DNA from: an uncultured bacterium
Lineage (GTDB): Bacteria; Abyssobacteria; SURF-5
Direction: 5' to 3'
DNA: 28,873 nt
Assembly (NCBI GenBank): GCA_964607485.1
Contig: CAZSKP010000048.1
Location: forward strand, 1 to 28,873
Shown: piece after piece, positions 16,861 to 26,706 of the stretch
Layout: the number at the start of each line of letters is the position of its first letter
How positions within the stretch are numbered: position 1 is the first letter of the stretch
Program-made: the position numbers and the translations under genes
Notes under the pieces: generated by a model
Seen by the model: only the letters and a program-made list of their open reading frames with translations
What the model was told of the DNA's origin: nothing
The model's database searches: none

Positions 16861-18297
16861 ATGGCGAAATCGAACGAAATTGCCTTCCTCGACGCAACCG
16901 CCCAGGCCGAGCTGGTGCGGCGCAAGGAGGTCAAGCCCATCGAACTCGTGGACGCCGCCATCGAGCGGATTGAGCGTCTGAACCCCACTCTCAATGCGGT
17001 CGTGACACCGATGTATGACCTTGCGCGCGAGGCGGCGAAGGGCAAGCTGCCCGACGGACCGTTCACCGGCGTGCCATTCCTGCTCAAGGACCTGGGAGCC
17101 ACATACGGCGGCGTCCGCCAGACGCTCGCGTCGGCCTATATGCGCGATTACGTTCCGGCGAATGACAGCGAACTCACGATACGGCAAAAGCGCGCAGGCC
17201 TTATCATCCTCGGCAAGACGAACACGCCGGAGATGGGCATTCTGCCCACGACGGAGCCGCATCTGTTCGGGCCCGCACGCAATCCATGGAATGTGGAACA
17301 CAGCACGGGCGGCTCGAGCGGCGGCTCGGCCGCGGCCGTGGCTGCCGGAATGGTACCCTTCGCGCACGCCAACGACGGCGGCGGCTCCATACGCATCCCG
17401 GCCTCGTGCTGCGGTTTGTTCGGACTCAAGCCGACGCGCGCGCGCAACCCGCTCGGTCCCGACCTCGGCGAGATGATGAGCGGCTTCGTCGTCGAGCACG
17501 CCGTCACCCGCTCCGTGCGCGACAGCGCGGCGCTGCTCGACGCCACCTCCGGTCCCGACGTAGGAGATCCCTATTGGGCGCCGCCGCCGAAGCGTCCGTT
17601 CCTCAAAGAAGTAGGCGCCGACCCGGGGCGGCTTCGCATCGCATTCACGACCGACGCGGCCACCGGCGTTCCCGTGCACGCCGATTGCGTGAGCGCGGTA
17701 CACGAGACGGCCAAGCTGTGCGCCGACCTCGGCCACGAGGTGACGGAGGCTTCGCTCGAGGTGGACGCAGCGCTGGTGAATCAGGCGTTCACGGTCATTT
17801 TCACGGCAGGCGGAACGGCGACGCTCGTCGAAGGAATGGCGATGATAACCGGCCGCGTGCCCACTCCGGACCAGTTTGAGCCGCTCACGTGGGCCGTTTA
17901 CGAGGCCGGACGCCAGCACAGCGCTACGGCCTATCTGCTCGCGCTGACAGCGCTCCATCGCATATCTCGCGATATCGCACGTTTTCTCCTCGACTACGAC
18001 GTGTTGCTCACGCCGACCCTGCCCGAGCCGCCCGTGCCGCTGGGCACCTTCGACTCGCCGCCCGACAATCCGCTGCAGGGGCTCATGCGCGCGGCTGAGT
18101 ACGTGCCGTTCACGGTCATCTGCAATTTTACCGGGCAGCCGGCCGTGTCGGTGCCGCTCATCTGGAACGACGACGCGCTTCCGATAGGCGTTCAGTTTAT
18201 CGGACATTTCGGCGACGAGGCCACTCTGTTCCGGCTTGCGGCGCAGCTCGAGGAGGCACGCCCCTGGGCCGGCCGACATCCGCCCGTCTCGGCCTGA
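16861..18297 (+). CDS. Amidase signature family enzyme
   Basis: Catalytic Lys in [22 protein letters not shown] and [13 protein letters not shown] at 16861 follows AAGGAG. Confidence 0.95.
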   Translation: MAKSNEIAFLDATAQAELVRRKEVKPIELVDAAIERIERLNPTLNAVVTPMYDLAREAAKGKLPDGPFTGVPFLLKDLGATYGGVRQTLASAYMRDYVPANDSELTIRQKRAGLIILGKTNTPEMGILPTTEPHLFGPARNPWNVEHSTGGSSGGSAAAVAAGMVPFAHANDGGGSIRIPASCCGLFGLKPTRARNPLGPDLGEMMSGFVVEHAVTRSVRDSAALLDATSGPDVGDPYWAPPPKRPFLKEVGADPGRLRIAFTTDAATGVPVHADCVSAVHETAKLCADLGHEVTEASLEVDAALVNQAFTVIFTAGGTATLVEGMAMITGRVPTPDQFEPLTWAVYEAGRQHSATAYLLALTALHRISRDIARFLLDYDVLLTPTLPEPPVPLGTFDSPPDNPLQGLMRAAEYVPFTVICNFTGQPAVSVPLIWNDDALPIGVQFIGHFGDEATLFRLAAQLEEARPWAGRHPPVSA

Positions 18298-18419
18298 ACA
18301 GCTCTCTGTAGCGGATTCGAGGGAGAGGCATCTGGATTTACCCGGCGAAATATCGTAAAATAAGGCCCGTGTTGTATTAAAGGGTCGATTTCTTGGAAAG
18401 ATAGGTGGGTTCATAGGAT

Positions 18420-18968
18420 ATGGATAGGAAGCTCACAGTCGTGCCCGAACGGTGTTCGGGGTGTCACACGTGCGAGCTGGTGTGCTCGATTCATCACTTC
18501 GGAGTCAACAACCCGAAGAAGAGCGCCATACGCGTGATGACGATTTATCCGCATCCGGTCATCAGAATGCCGGTGGTGTGTAAGCAATGCCGCGAGCCGA
18601 AGTGCGGCGAAAATTGTCCCGAGAACGCCATCGTGAAGGAGAACGGCATCGTCCGCATTCTCGAAGATCGCTGCATCTCGTGCATGCAATGCGTGATGTC
18701 GTGCCCGTTCGGGTCCATCTTCACTCACCGCGACATAGAGGCGCCCTTCAAGTGCGACCTCTGCGGCGACCGCAATCCGCGATGTGTCGAGGCGTGTCCA
18801 AAGCAGGCGCTGCTGTTCATCCCCGCTCACATGATGGGGCAGGCCCGCCGCATGGCGAGCGTGTTGAAGTACGCGCACATGAAAGAGGTCGAGTATGTCG
18901 AGGGCGGCGAAGAGCGCGTCCTGAAATATGCCGACATAGAACGGCTGAAGGAGCAGAGCAAGGATTGA
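18420..18968 (+). CDS. Multi-[4Fe-4S] electron-transfer subunit (DmsB/HydN-like), partner of the AOR
   Basis: Four Cys clusters: CSGCHTCELVC, CKQC..PKC...CP, CISCMQCVMSCP and KCDLC....P.CVEACP. Confidence 0.92.
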   Translation: MDRKLTVVPERCSGCHTCELVCSIHHFGVNNPKKSAIRVMTIYPHPVIRMPVVCKQCREPKCGENCPENAIVKENGIVRILEDRCISCMQCVMSCPFGSIFTHRDIEAPFKCDLCGDRNPRCVEACPKQALLFIPAHMMGQARRMASVLKYAHMKEVEYVEGGEERVLKYADIERLKEQSKD

Positions 18969-19031
18969 AATGCGCCGTGCGGCGATGCTTGATTGCGCGT
19001 CGCATGATGTGAATACACCGAGGGGAAGACG

Positions 19032-20870
19032 ATGAACGTTTACGGCGGGTATTTCAAAAAGATTCTGTGGGTTGACCTGACGAGCGGCGAATCGCGCGGC
19101 CTTGAATTCGGCGACGCGTTCGCGACGAAATACGTCGGAGGCCGGGGCTTCGGCATAAAGCTGTTGTGGGACCATCTTCGACGCGCCGGCTTCGACATCG
19201 ACCCGCTCGGGCCCGACAACCTGCTCGTCATAGCGCCCGGTCCTCTCACGGGCCTGTACCTGCCCGCGTCGGGCAAGACATCGTTCGTTTCGGTCTCGCC
19301 CGCCACGGGCGGCTACGGCGACAGCAACATGGGCGGCAGCTTCGGCGTGGAACTGAGGCAGGCCGGCTACGACGCGATGGCCATCACCGGCAGGGCCGAC
19401 GCGCTTTCCTATCTCTGGATAGACGATGACGCGGTAAAGGTAATAAAGAACGAGAAGCTCAAGGGACGCGGCTGCCTCGAGACCGAGGGACTCATCAAGA
19501 AAGAGCTTGGCGACCCGATGGTGAAGATAGCGCTCGTGGGGCCGGCGGGGGAGAACCTCGTGCGCTTCGCATGCGTCAGTTCCGACTGGAGCCGCAACGC
19601 TGGTCGCACGGGCATGGGCGCGGTCCTGGGCTCGAAGAACATCAAGGCCATCGCCATACGCGGCTCGCACGACCTCCCCGTGTACGACCTGCCGAAGCTG
19701 AAAGCGGTGTCGGACGAATCGTTCGAGGCACTCAAGAAGCATCCCTACTTCGATTTCTGGCAGCAGCAGGGGCTGATGTCGGTCGTTGACTATCTCGCCA
19801 CGGCGGGGGCGCTGCCCACGCGAAACTTCAGCGACGGGACCTTTGAGGGAGTCGCGCACATCAACGGTTTCGAGATGGAATCGAAGTACAAGATAGGCGA
19901 CTCCGCGTGCTTCGCGTGTCCCATGAGCTGTGGCAACATATGTCTTGTGAAGGAAGGACCTTACGCAGGCACCGTTGCCGAGGGTCCCGAGTACGAAACC
20001 GCGTGCATGTTCGGCTCGAATATCGGCGTGGACAACTTTGCGTTCATCCTCCGCGCGAATCACCTCTGCGACGACCTCGGCATCGACACCATCTCGACCG
20101 GCAACCTCATCGGAGTCCTGATGGAAGCCTGCGAGAAAGACTTGCTCGGCCCCGCCGACCTCGACGGCCTCTCGCTCAAATGGGGCGACGAGAAGGGGGC
20201 GCTCGCAATTATCGAAAAGATAGCCCGCCGGGAGGGCATCGGCGACGTGCTTGCCGACGGCGCGCCGGGAGCGCTCAAGAAATGGCCCCAGCTCGAACCC
20301 ATACTCCTGCACGTCAAGGGCCTCGAACAATCCGCCTACGACGCGCGGCTTGCGATCTCGCAGGCGCTCGGCTACGGCACTTCCGACATCGGCGCGCACC
20401 ATGCGCGAGCCTGGACCATCGGAAAAGAGCTCGAGATGGGCGCCAAATGGAGCCTCGAAGAGAAGGCCGACCTGGTCATCTACCATCAAACCGTCCGGCC
20501 TTTATTCGACATGCTCGGTGTGTGCCGCCTGCCGTGGATAGAACTCGGCTTCGACGAGAATTACTACACGCGCTTCTATGAGGCCGTCACGGGAGCGAAG
20601 GTGTCGCTCAAGGAACTCCTCTCGCGCGCCAACGACCTTTACAGCCTCACGCGCTTGATAAACATCGCACGGGGAATCGACTCAAAGAGCGACTACCCGC
20701 CTCCCCGCACGTTCGAGGACCCCGTTCTCACGGGCCCCAACGCCGGCAAGGTCGTCGACCGCGCCGCCTACGACAAACTGCTCCGGATATACTATGAAAA
20801 GCGCGGCTGGGACGCCAACGGAGCTCCACCGGAAGCCATCAAGAAAAGCTTTGACGATCCCCTGAAGTAG
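19032..20870 (+). CDS. Aldehyde:ferredoxin oxidoreductase family (W/Mo-bis-pterin) catalytic subunit
   Basis: GGRG.G, SPATG, GPAGENLV, AGRTGMGAVLGSKNIKAI, CFACPMSC, GPEYET, CDDLGIDTIS, DMLGVC and YYEKRGWD. Confidence 0.95.
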   Translation: MNVYGGYFKKILWVDLTSGESRGLEFGDAFATKYVGGRGFGIKLLWDHLRRAGFDIDPLGPDNLLVIAPGPLTGLYLPASGKTSFVSVSPATGGYGDSNMGGSFGVELRQAGYDAMAITGRADALSYLWIDDDAVKVIKNEKLKGRGCLETEGLIKKELGDPMVKIALVGPAGENLVRFACVSSDWSRNAGRTGMGAVLGSKNIKAIAIRGSHDLPVYDLPKLKAVSDESFEALKKHPYFDFWQQQGLMSVVDYLATAGALPTRNFSDGTFEGVAHINGFEMESKYKIGDSACFACPMSCGNICLVKEGPYAGTVAEGPEYETACMFGSNIGVDNFAFILRANHLCDDLGIDTISTGNLIGVLMEACEKDLLGPADLDGLSLKWGDEKGALAIIEKIARREGIGDVLADGAPGALKKWPQLEPILLHVKGLEQSAYDARLAISQALGYGTSDIGAHHARAWTIGKELEMGAKWSLEEKADLVIYHQTVRPLFDMLGVCRLPWIELGFDENYYTRFYEAVTGAKVSLKELLSRANDLYSLTRLINIARGIDSKSDYPPPRTFEDPVLTGPNAGKVVDRAAYDKLLRIYYEKRGWDANGAPPEAIKKSFDDPLK

Positions 20871-20912
20871 GGGAACGCAATTTTGCCCCCCTTTTTGTGA
20901 GGAGTGGTGATA

Positions 20913-22499
20913 ATGATGACGCGCGCAATGATGGCTGTCTTGATGCTCGCGTTGTTGGCCCCGTTTCCGGCCTATGGCAAGTGCCCCGAGGATGCCCAAA
21001 AAGAGCTGTCGGCATTGAACATCCCGTATACCGCCGACGAATTTGTCAAGAGCTCCCGGGAAGGAAACGCCACCGCAGTGAAGTTGTTTTTAGCAGCGGG
21101 GATGGACCCGGACGTAAAGAATAGAAATGGGGCAACGGCTCTGGAGGCGGCCAAGGAGGAAAGCCACGCCGAGATTATGAAATACCTCCTTGACAAAGGG
21201 GCGGCAATCGAGCCTTTGCTTCCGACCCAAAGGGAAAAGGAGGAATTCATACGAAGCAGCGAATCGAGCGCATGGGTGGCGGGGGGAGAAGGGGCTCAAT
21301 GCTTCCAGACGGCGCCATACAGGCCGACGAAAGGGGTCGAGATTCTACCTGCGGATTTGTATAAGGACATCAAAGTCGAGCAGCAACAACGGTTTGGTGG
21401 AGTGGGGATGGTTATCAGCCTTGATGAGAACAAGACGCCCACGGTAATTTCCTTGATCCAAGATGCTCCCGCCATTAAAGCTGGAGTGCGCGAAGGTGAC
21501 AAGATCATAGAGATCGACGGCGGGGAAATAAAGGAATTGCCACTCGAAAAGATTGTCAAGAAGATTCGGGGACCGACAGGTTCTGAGGTGGTTATTACAG
21601 TCTATCGGCAAAGCGACCTCACTCCTTTCAACGAGCTGGAATTCACGTTGGCCCGCCACGATATCAGGATTCCCAACGTAAAGTGGGAAATGCTCGAAGA
21701 CGACACAGGGGTCATCCATATCCAGGAATTCGGCAGAGGGACGGCGGTCGAGTTCCGGGAAGCGATAAAGGAGTTGAAGAAGGAAGGGATGCGCTCACTC
21801 GTACTTGACCTTCGCTACAATCCTGGCGGACTGCTCGACGCGGCTGCCGATGTGGTTGACGAATTCCTCGAAGAAGGTCGGCTTATCGCATACACCGAAT
21901 CGCGCTACGTCTTGCAGAACCTGAGATACGAGGCAAAGCGTGGAGCGTCGGTTCCGGATATACCGGTTGTTATCCTGACAGGCAGGGGGAGCGCGGGCGC
22001 GTCTGAAATGGTAGTCGGCGCGCTAAGACAATGGAATCGAGCCGCCATATTGGGAGAGCAGACATTCGGCGTAGCAGACGTTCGGAACGTAATACCACTG
22101 TCCGACGGGTCGGCACTTCGTCTGACCACCGCGAAGTTATTCCCGCCGAACGGCAAGTCCATTGACGGGATTGGCATTTCCCCCGATATGAAAGTGCCCT
22201 ACCGGCTATATGTGTGGATGAACAAGAATAGACAACAATCGACCGACATTCAGGTCCGGCGGGCCGCCGAATTCTTGGCCGGTTACGACACCTCCAAGAC
22301 ACTCGAGCAGAATATAGAGCAGGCAAAAAAGAATATCGAAAGAGATGTTGACGAGGAGTTTAGACAGAGCCTGGAAGAAACTACCGTCCCACACGAAACG
22401 CAAGATTATGGACTCACCGAGGTACATCCTCTCATTGAAATGATGTCTCCAACGGATGACGAAGCGCCACAGCCAACAGAAAAACGCGACACCGAATGA
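20913..22499 (+). CDS. Exported ankyrin-repeat + PDZ + S41A (CtpA-like) protein, catalytic Ser and Lys substituted
   Basis: Signal peptide; ankyrin segment (GN..AVKLFL.AGMDPD.....G.TAL); PDZ FGGVGM...GD.II.IDG; LDLRYNPGGLL. SAGASE and TFGVADVR replace SASASE and TFGKG.VQ. ATG at 20913 follows GAGGAG. Confidence 0.88.
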   Translation: MMTRAMMAVLMLALLAPFPAYGKCPEDAQKELSALNIPYTADEFVKSSREGNATAVKLFLAAGMDPDVKNRNGATALEAAKEESHAEIMKYLLDKGAAIEPLLPTQREKEEFIRSSESSAWVAGGEGAQCFQTAPYRPTKGVEILPADLYKDIKVEQQQRFGGVGMVISLDENKTPTVISLIQDAPAIKAGVREGDKIIEIDGGEIKELPLEKIVKKIRGPTGSEVVITVYRQSDLTPFNELEFTLARHDIRIPNVKWEMLEDDTGVIHIQEFGRGTAVEFREAIKELKKEGMRSLVLDLRYNPGGLLDAAADVVDEFLEEGRLIAYTESRYVLQNLRYEAKRGASVPDIPVVILTGRGSAGASEMVVGALRQWNRAAILGEQTFGVADVRNVIPLSDGSALRLTTAKLFPPNGKSIDGIGISPDMKVPYRLYVWMNKNRQQSTDIQVRRAAEFLAGYDTSKTLEQNIEQAKKNIERDVDEEFRQSLEETTVPHETQDYGLTEVHPLIEMMSPTDDEAPQPTEKRDTE

Positions 22500-22574
22500 A
22501 AGACGTGTCGTGCTCATTCAGTTGCGTGTGCATCGTATAGAGCAAAACCATCATCAGCCAAAGGAGTTGTGACA

Positions 22575-23591
22575 ATGCGAATCATCGTTTATGGCGCGGG
22601 CGCAATCGGAAGCATCATCGGTGGATACCTCCACGAATGCGGACAGGAGACGGTCCTCGTCTGTTCGCAGTGGCACGCGGAAGCGATATCCCGGAACGGG
22701 CTGAAGATAAGCGGTGTCCAGGGAAACCATCAGATAAACGTTCCGGCAATTGCCGACATCGCGCAGATAGACCTCCGCAACGACGACATGATGTTCCTCA
22801 CTATGAAGACGTACGACACGGAGGCGGCAATCGGCAAGCTCGGCAAAGCTGCGGGCGGGCTCGTCGCCGTCTGTTTCCAGAACGCCATCCGAAATGAACA
22901 GTTCGCCGCGCCCCATTTCGCGCGAGTCTATGGCGGGATAGTATTCTTCGGCGCAAAATATCTTGAGCCGGGCGCAGTCGTCCACACAGCCGACAACAGC
23001 CTTGGGCTCGGCCTCTATCCGGAAGGCCTTGATGAGACCGTCAATAGACTCTCCGAAGTACTCACGCGCGCGGGCTTTTCTGTGACCGCCTATCCAAACG
23101 TCATGGCCGTCAAGTGGTCGAAGCTGTTTCGGAACTTGAACAACGCTCTGTTCGCCATCACCGGTCTCTCGGTTCTCGAGGGTATCAAGTATGAAGAATC
23201 GCGCTCACTGATGGCAGACATCCTGGAGGAGGCCCTTCGCGTCGTGGAGGCGGAGGGGATTGAGATTTTGCCGCTGAAGGGTCATCAACCGCCCGAGAAA
23301 ATGATGGAGAGTCTTCGCAAGCCCGGCGAGCGCGGGTTCGATATTCCGCCTGATGAAGAGACGACGCTCAGGCCGAGCACCTGGCAGGATTTGTATCTGA
23401 AGCGAGGCCGCACGGAGGTGGAATACCTGAATGGAGAGATCGTGCGGCTGGGCGAAAAGCACGGCATCGCGACTCCACTGAATTCGCTGATGGTCCGCGT
23501 GGCAGACCGCATGGCCCGCGAGGGTATAGCGCCCGGCGCATACAAGGTCAGCCAGCTCCGCGCAATGCTGCACGGGCAGGCCAGTGATTAG
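22575..23591 (+). CDS. Ketopantoate reductase (PanE/ApbA) family oxidoreductase
   Basis: YGAGAIG, K.YD, QN, KWSKLFRN..N and STWQD...GR.TEVEYLNGEIV...G...P.N. ATG at 22575 is best spaced from AAGGAG. Substrate uncertain. Confidence 0.88.
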   Translation: MRIIVYGAGAIGSIIGGYLHECGQETVLVCSQWHAEAISRNGLKISGVQGNHQINVPAIADIAQIDLRNDDMMFLTMKTYDTEAAIGKLGKAAGGLVAVCFQNAIRNEQFAAPHFARVYGGIVFFGAKYLEPGAVVHTADNSLGLGLYPEGLDETVNRLSEVLTRAGFSVTAYPNVMAVKWSKLFRNLNNALFAITGLSVLEGIKYEESRSLMADILEEALRVVEAEGIEILPLKGHQPPEKMMESLRKPGERGFDIPPDEETTLRPSTWQDLYLKRGRTEVEYLNGEIVRLGEKHGIATPLNSLMVRVADRMAREGIAPGAYKVSQLRAMLHGQASD

Positions 23592-23622
23592 TTGTTGTTC
23601 AACCTTCTTCTTGCTGGCACTC

Positions 23623-23650
23623 GTACGGGCGCACGGCCGTGCGCCCCTAC
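23623..23650. repeat. GTAG-type REP palindrome, copy 2
   Basis: GTACGGGCGCACGGCCGTGCGCCCCTAC, one substitution relative to copy 1; lies between convergent genes. Confidence 0.85.
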
Positions 23651-23715
23651 TTCATATACGTCTATACCCACAAATACGATTGTCACCATTCATCAGGAAG
23701 CGGCATCCGAGAAAT

Positions 23716-24885
23716 TCAGGAGTAGTACCCGAACCGGGTGACCGATTCTATCATCGCCTTGACATTTTCCGGCCGCGCGTTCGGCGGAATCTCGCAACCG
23801 GCGGCCAGGATGAATCCGCCGTCCTTCCCAGCGACCTCGATCAGCTTCCTGCAGTAGTCGGTCACTTCCTCCTTGCCGCCGAATGCGAGCATCGCCGCAG
23901 GAACATCGCCGAAAAGGCAGCAGTGATCGCCGATGATTTCCTTCGCCTGGAATATGTCGGTCCTTCCGTCAAACTGCAGAACCACTTTCGCTTTCGGTAA
24001 CTCGTGGAGGTACTCGAGGTTCTTTTTCCAGTCACCGTCGCAGTGGAGCAGGGGAGTGATGCCCCTGGACACAAGCCCATTGACAATCTTTGTGAGAGAC
24101 GGCAGGGCGTATTTCTTGAAATGGTCGGGCGACATGAAATCGTTGGAGGTCCGGTGACAGAAGACAAGCATGCGCGGAACGCCCGTCCGCTTCGTGAAGT
24201 CGTGGCTCAGGTTGACAAAGCCATCTGAAAGGGCCAGCGCCGCCTCGGCGAGTTGCTCGGGCCGTTCCATCAGGTCGTATGAGAAGTCAACCACCCCGCG
24301 CGACATCGAGAATGTGTCGAACGGAGCCTCTGCGCACAGCCCGTGCTGGATTGAGACGCCCTGCGCCTGCCATCTTGGAAACTCCTCCCGCCACGCCCGG
24401 ATCTGTTCGCGGAGCTTAGAGAGGATGCGGAGCTTCGCGCGGAGCCCGCTCGCCGGTTCGCGCTGAACCCTGCACGCCAATGTCAGCATGAAATTGAGGT
24501 ACTTGAGATAAGACGTGGGAACTCGATTATTGACGAAGCGGCCGTATTCGTCCGCGCTCATGATCTCCTCTTCGATAGCCTGGCATATGTTATCAGGCGG
24601 CAGGTCGATGCCCGGATACTTGATTTTCATCGGAAGGATGAAAACGTAGGCGGCGGGATTCACCGGATTGATGGGGTAGTAGATGTCCCACGGACCGAGT
24701 TCGCGAAAACACTTCTCGATGGCGAACCTGTATTTCGCCGGGTCTGACCACAGTTCATGCACCGTGATGTTCGCGTAGAAGGCTGCGAAGTAGTAGATCA
24801 TCGGTGCGACCGGCACACGGTCGGGCACACCCAGCTCCACCACGGTCTGAAACCTCTGTTCCGCAGTCATCGTATTATGCGGCAT
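23716..24885 (-). CDS. Uroporphyrinogen decarboxylase / MtaA-CmuA (corrinoid methyltransferase) family protein
   Basis: PDRVPV, PF...S..RG, FMSP..F....P, LHCDG, CLFGDV and GGFILAAGCEIP.....EN..AM. ATG at 24885 is 7 nt after GGAGGAG. Confidence 0.88.
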   Translation of the reverse strand: MPHNTMTAEQRFQTVVELGVPDRVPVAPMIYYFAAFYANITVHELWSDPAKYRFAIEKCFRELGPWDIYYPINPVNPAAYVFILPMKIKYPGIDLPPDNICQAIEEEIMSADEYGRFVNNRVPTSYLKYLNFMLTLACRVQREPASGLRAKLRILSKLREQIRAWREEFPRWQAQGVSIQHGLCAEAPFDTFSMSRGVVDFSYDLMERPEQLAEAALALSDGFVNLSHDFTKRTGVPRMLVFCHRTSNDFMSPDHFKKYALPSLTKIVNGLVSRGITPLLHCDGDWKKNLEYLHELPKAKVVLQFDGRTDIFQAKEIIGDHCCLFGDVPAAMLAFGGKEEVTDYCRKLIEVAGKDGGFILAAGCEIPPNARPENVKAMIESVTRFGYYS

Positions 24886-24948
24886 CGCACCACTCCTCCG
24901 CGCGACAAGCCCTCGCACGCCTCAGCTACCACGGGGAGCACGAAATAT

Positions 24949-25020
24949 TTCACACTCTTGTCATCTTGACACTTCACACCGCTGTCATCCTGATCATTCA
25001 CACCTCTGTCGTCCTGAACG
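24949..25020 (+). repeat. Three tandem 24-bp units TTCACAC-N3-TGTCRTCYTGA-N3
   Basis: Units at 24949, 24973 and 24997; the third overlaps the left end of the palindromic element. Confidence 0.8.
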
Positions 25021-25102
25021 AAGGGCCACAGGCCCGAGTGAAGGATCTCGTGCTTCCCGGACGCGCCGTAATATCGAGATTCTTCGCTTCGCTCAGAATG
25101 AC
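25008..25102. mobile_element. Non-autonomous palindromic element (REP/MITE-like, GTCAT(C/T)CTGAGCGAAG...CTTCGCTCAGAATGAC type)
   Basis: Left arm GTCGTCCTGAACGAAG...GTGAAGGATCTCG pairs imperfectly with right arm CGAGATTCTTCGCTTCGCTCAGAATGAC. No transposase in the window. Confidence 0.7.
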
Positions 25103-25153
25103 GACTAACGACTCCGAGTGTTGACGCGCAGATGGCTCATCTCATGAGCATGC

Positions 25154-25786
25154 TTATTTTGTTCCCTCGATGATGATCCCCCACAGGTTCAGCCAGCAGA
25201 AATGGAGGGGGAAAGTGTGTCGTTCGATGTTCCGAAATCCGACGCGGCGAAAGATATCTTCCATTTCTGCGAACGAATAACACTTCGGCCTGCCGAACGA
25301 ATAGAGCAGCAAATCATTCAGCACGGATTTTCGTGACATGAACACATAGATTTTGCCGCCGGGCTTCAAACATCTTCTGAGCGAAGCCAGCCCAGCCTCT
25401 ATGTCGGGCACATATTCAAGCATGGCGGATGTGACCGTCAGGTCGAAATAATCATCGTCATAGGGCAGGTCTCTGACGTCGAGCTGCCGGAGATCGACGC
25501 CGTCGATGCCCATTTTCCTAAAAGCTTGCAGCATGTCGCGGGAAATGTCAAACGCATGCTGTTCCGTCCCCGTGAGGCCCTCTTTGCTGACTTTGTCACG
25601 GACCGCCCTGCTCAACACCCCATACCCGCATCCGGCGTCTAGAATTCTGTCTCCGTTTCTTATCGCAATCTTCCTGAAAACGACATCCCTGATCCCCATT
25701 GGATAGAGAAACATCGTGACGAATGTCTTGTACCAGGCAGCCCCGGACTTGTCGAACACTTTCTCGATTGGACGAGCGTCGCTCAT
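25154..25786 (-). CDS. Class I SAM-dependent methyltransferase
   Basis: ILDAGCGYG, FDIS..ML, DVRDLPY.D..FD and R.LKPGG; ATG at 25786 (alternative TTG at 25792). Confidence 0.9.
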   Translation of the reverse strand: MSDARPIEKVFDKSGAAWYKTFVTMFLYPMGIRDVVFRKIAIRNGDRILDAGCGYGVLSRAVRDKVSKEGLTGTEQHAFDISRDMLQAFRKMGIDGVDLRQLDVRDLPYDDDYFDLTVTSAMLEYVPDIEAGLASLRRCLKPGGKIYVFMSRKSVLNDLLLYSFGRPKCYSFAEMEDIFRRVGFRNIERHTFPLHFCWLNLWGIIIEGTK

Positions 25787-25842
25787 AGGCAATTCGGACG
25801 ATTCAAAAACAGCAAGAAGATATTCCGCACGACGGGCGCCGT

Positions 25843-26673
25843 TTACGCGGGCTTCGTCGCCTGGACCTTTATGCTGAGAATGGATTCGGCGACCTTCTTC
25901 AATTCTTCCGCCGGCAGGTTTGAATTCTCGATGACCGCCTGCACCGTCGGGTCGTTTGCCATCAGCTCGACGGGGAAATTCGTCTCGCCGAGTATCTTCA
26001 CGTCATGAAACCCCGCGTTCTTGATCGTGTCAACATACTCGTCCCTGAGCATCGCGCCTGCGACACAGCCGACATACGCCTCGATCGAGTCCCTGATGAA
26101 ATCGGGAAGCGGCGCCAGCAGGACGATGTCCGACACCATCAACCGTCCGCCCGGTCTGAGCACCCTGAACGCTTCTCCGAACACTCTTCTCTTGTCGGGT
26201 GACAGGTTGATGACGCAATTGGAAATGACCGCGTCCACTGAATTGTCGGCGGCGGGAACGTTCTCGATTTCGCCCAGCCTGAACTCAACGTTTTCGTAAC
26301 CGTCCTTCCGGGCGTTTTCCCTGGCCTTGTCGAGCATCTCCGGCGTCATGTCAACGCCGATGACTTTCCCCTTCTTGCCGACCTTGTTTGCCGCGAGAAA
26401 ACAATCGAACCCCGCGCCCGAGCCGAGGTCGAGAACGGTCTCCCCCTCTTTCAAAGACGCCAGCGCAACGGGATTGCCGCAGCCCAGCCCGAGATTGGCG
26501 CCCTCGGGAACGGACGCGAGTTCCTCGTCGGTGTAGCCGATGCCTTTGCTGATCGTCTCCGCCACGTTTGCGCTGCCGCAACAGGAGGTCTGTGGCGCAC
26601 AGCAGGAACTCTCCTTGGTGACCACACTGGCGTAGCGATCCCGCACGTTCTTCTTTATTTCTTCCTGTTTCAT
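25843..26673 (-). CDS. arsM: Arsenite S-adenosylmethionine methyltransferase
   Basis: N-terminal CC..CC, NLGLGCGNP, VLDLGSGAGFDCF, GVDMTPEM, ISNCVINL and GCVAGA, i.e. the typical ArsM cysteines; SD GGAGGAG. Confidence 0.93.
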   Translation of the reverse strand: MKQEEIKKNVRDRYASVVTKESSCCAPQTSCCGSANVAETISKGIGYTDEELASVPEGANLGLGCGNPVALASLKEGETVLDLGSGAGFDCFLAANKVGKKGKVIGVDMTPEMLDKARENARKDGYENVEFRLGEIENVPAADNSVDAVISNCVINLSPDKRRVFGEAFRVLRPGGRLMVSDIVLLAPLPDFIRDSIEAYVGCVAGAMLRDEYVDTIKNAGFHDVKILGETNFPVELMANDPTVQAVIENSNLPAEELKKVAESILSIKVQATKPA

Positions 26674-26706
26674 TTTCGTTGTCTCCTCCGTCTTGTTCTT
26701 GTGTGT

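Noticed and set aside
16834-20489. Long antisense ORFs (16834-18414, 18411-20489; likewise 11693-12931, 6632-7690, 13929-15065)
   Set aside because: Shadow frames of well-supported GC-rich genes with no recognisable motifs.
23716-24885. True hemE (uroporphyrinogen decarboxylase)
   Set aside because: It lacks the W.MRQAGR motif of HemE; the features fit the MtaA/CmuA-like branch.
24949-25020. 24-bp units as a mini-CRISPR
   Set aside because: Variable parts are only 3 nt, far too short for spacers; no cas genes.
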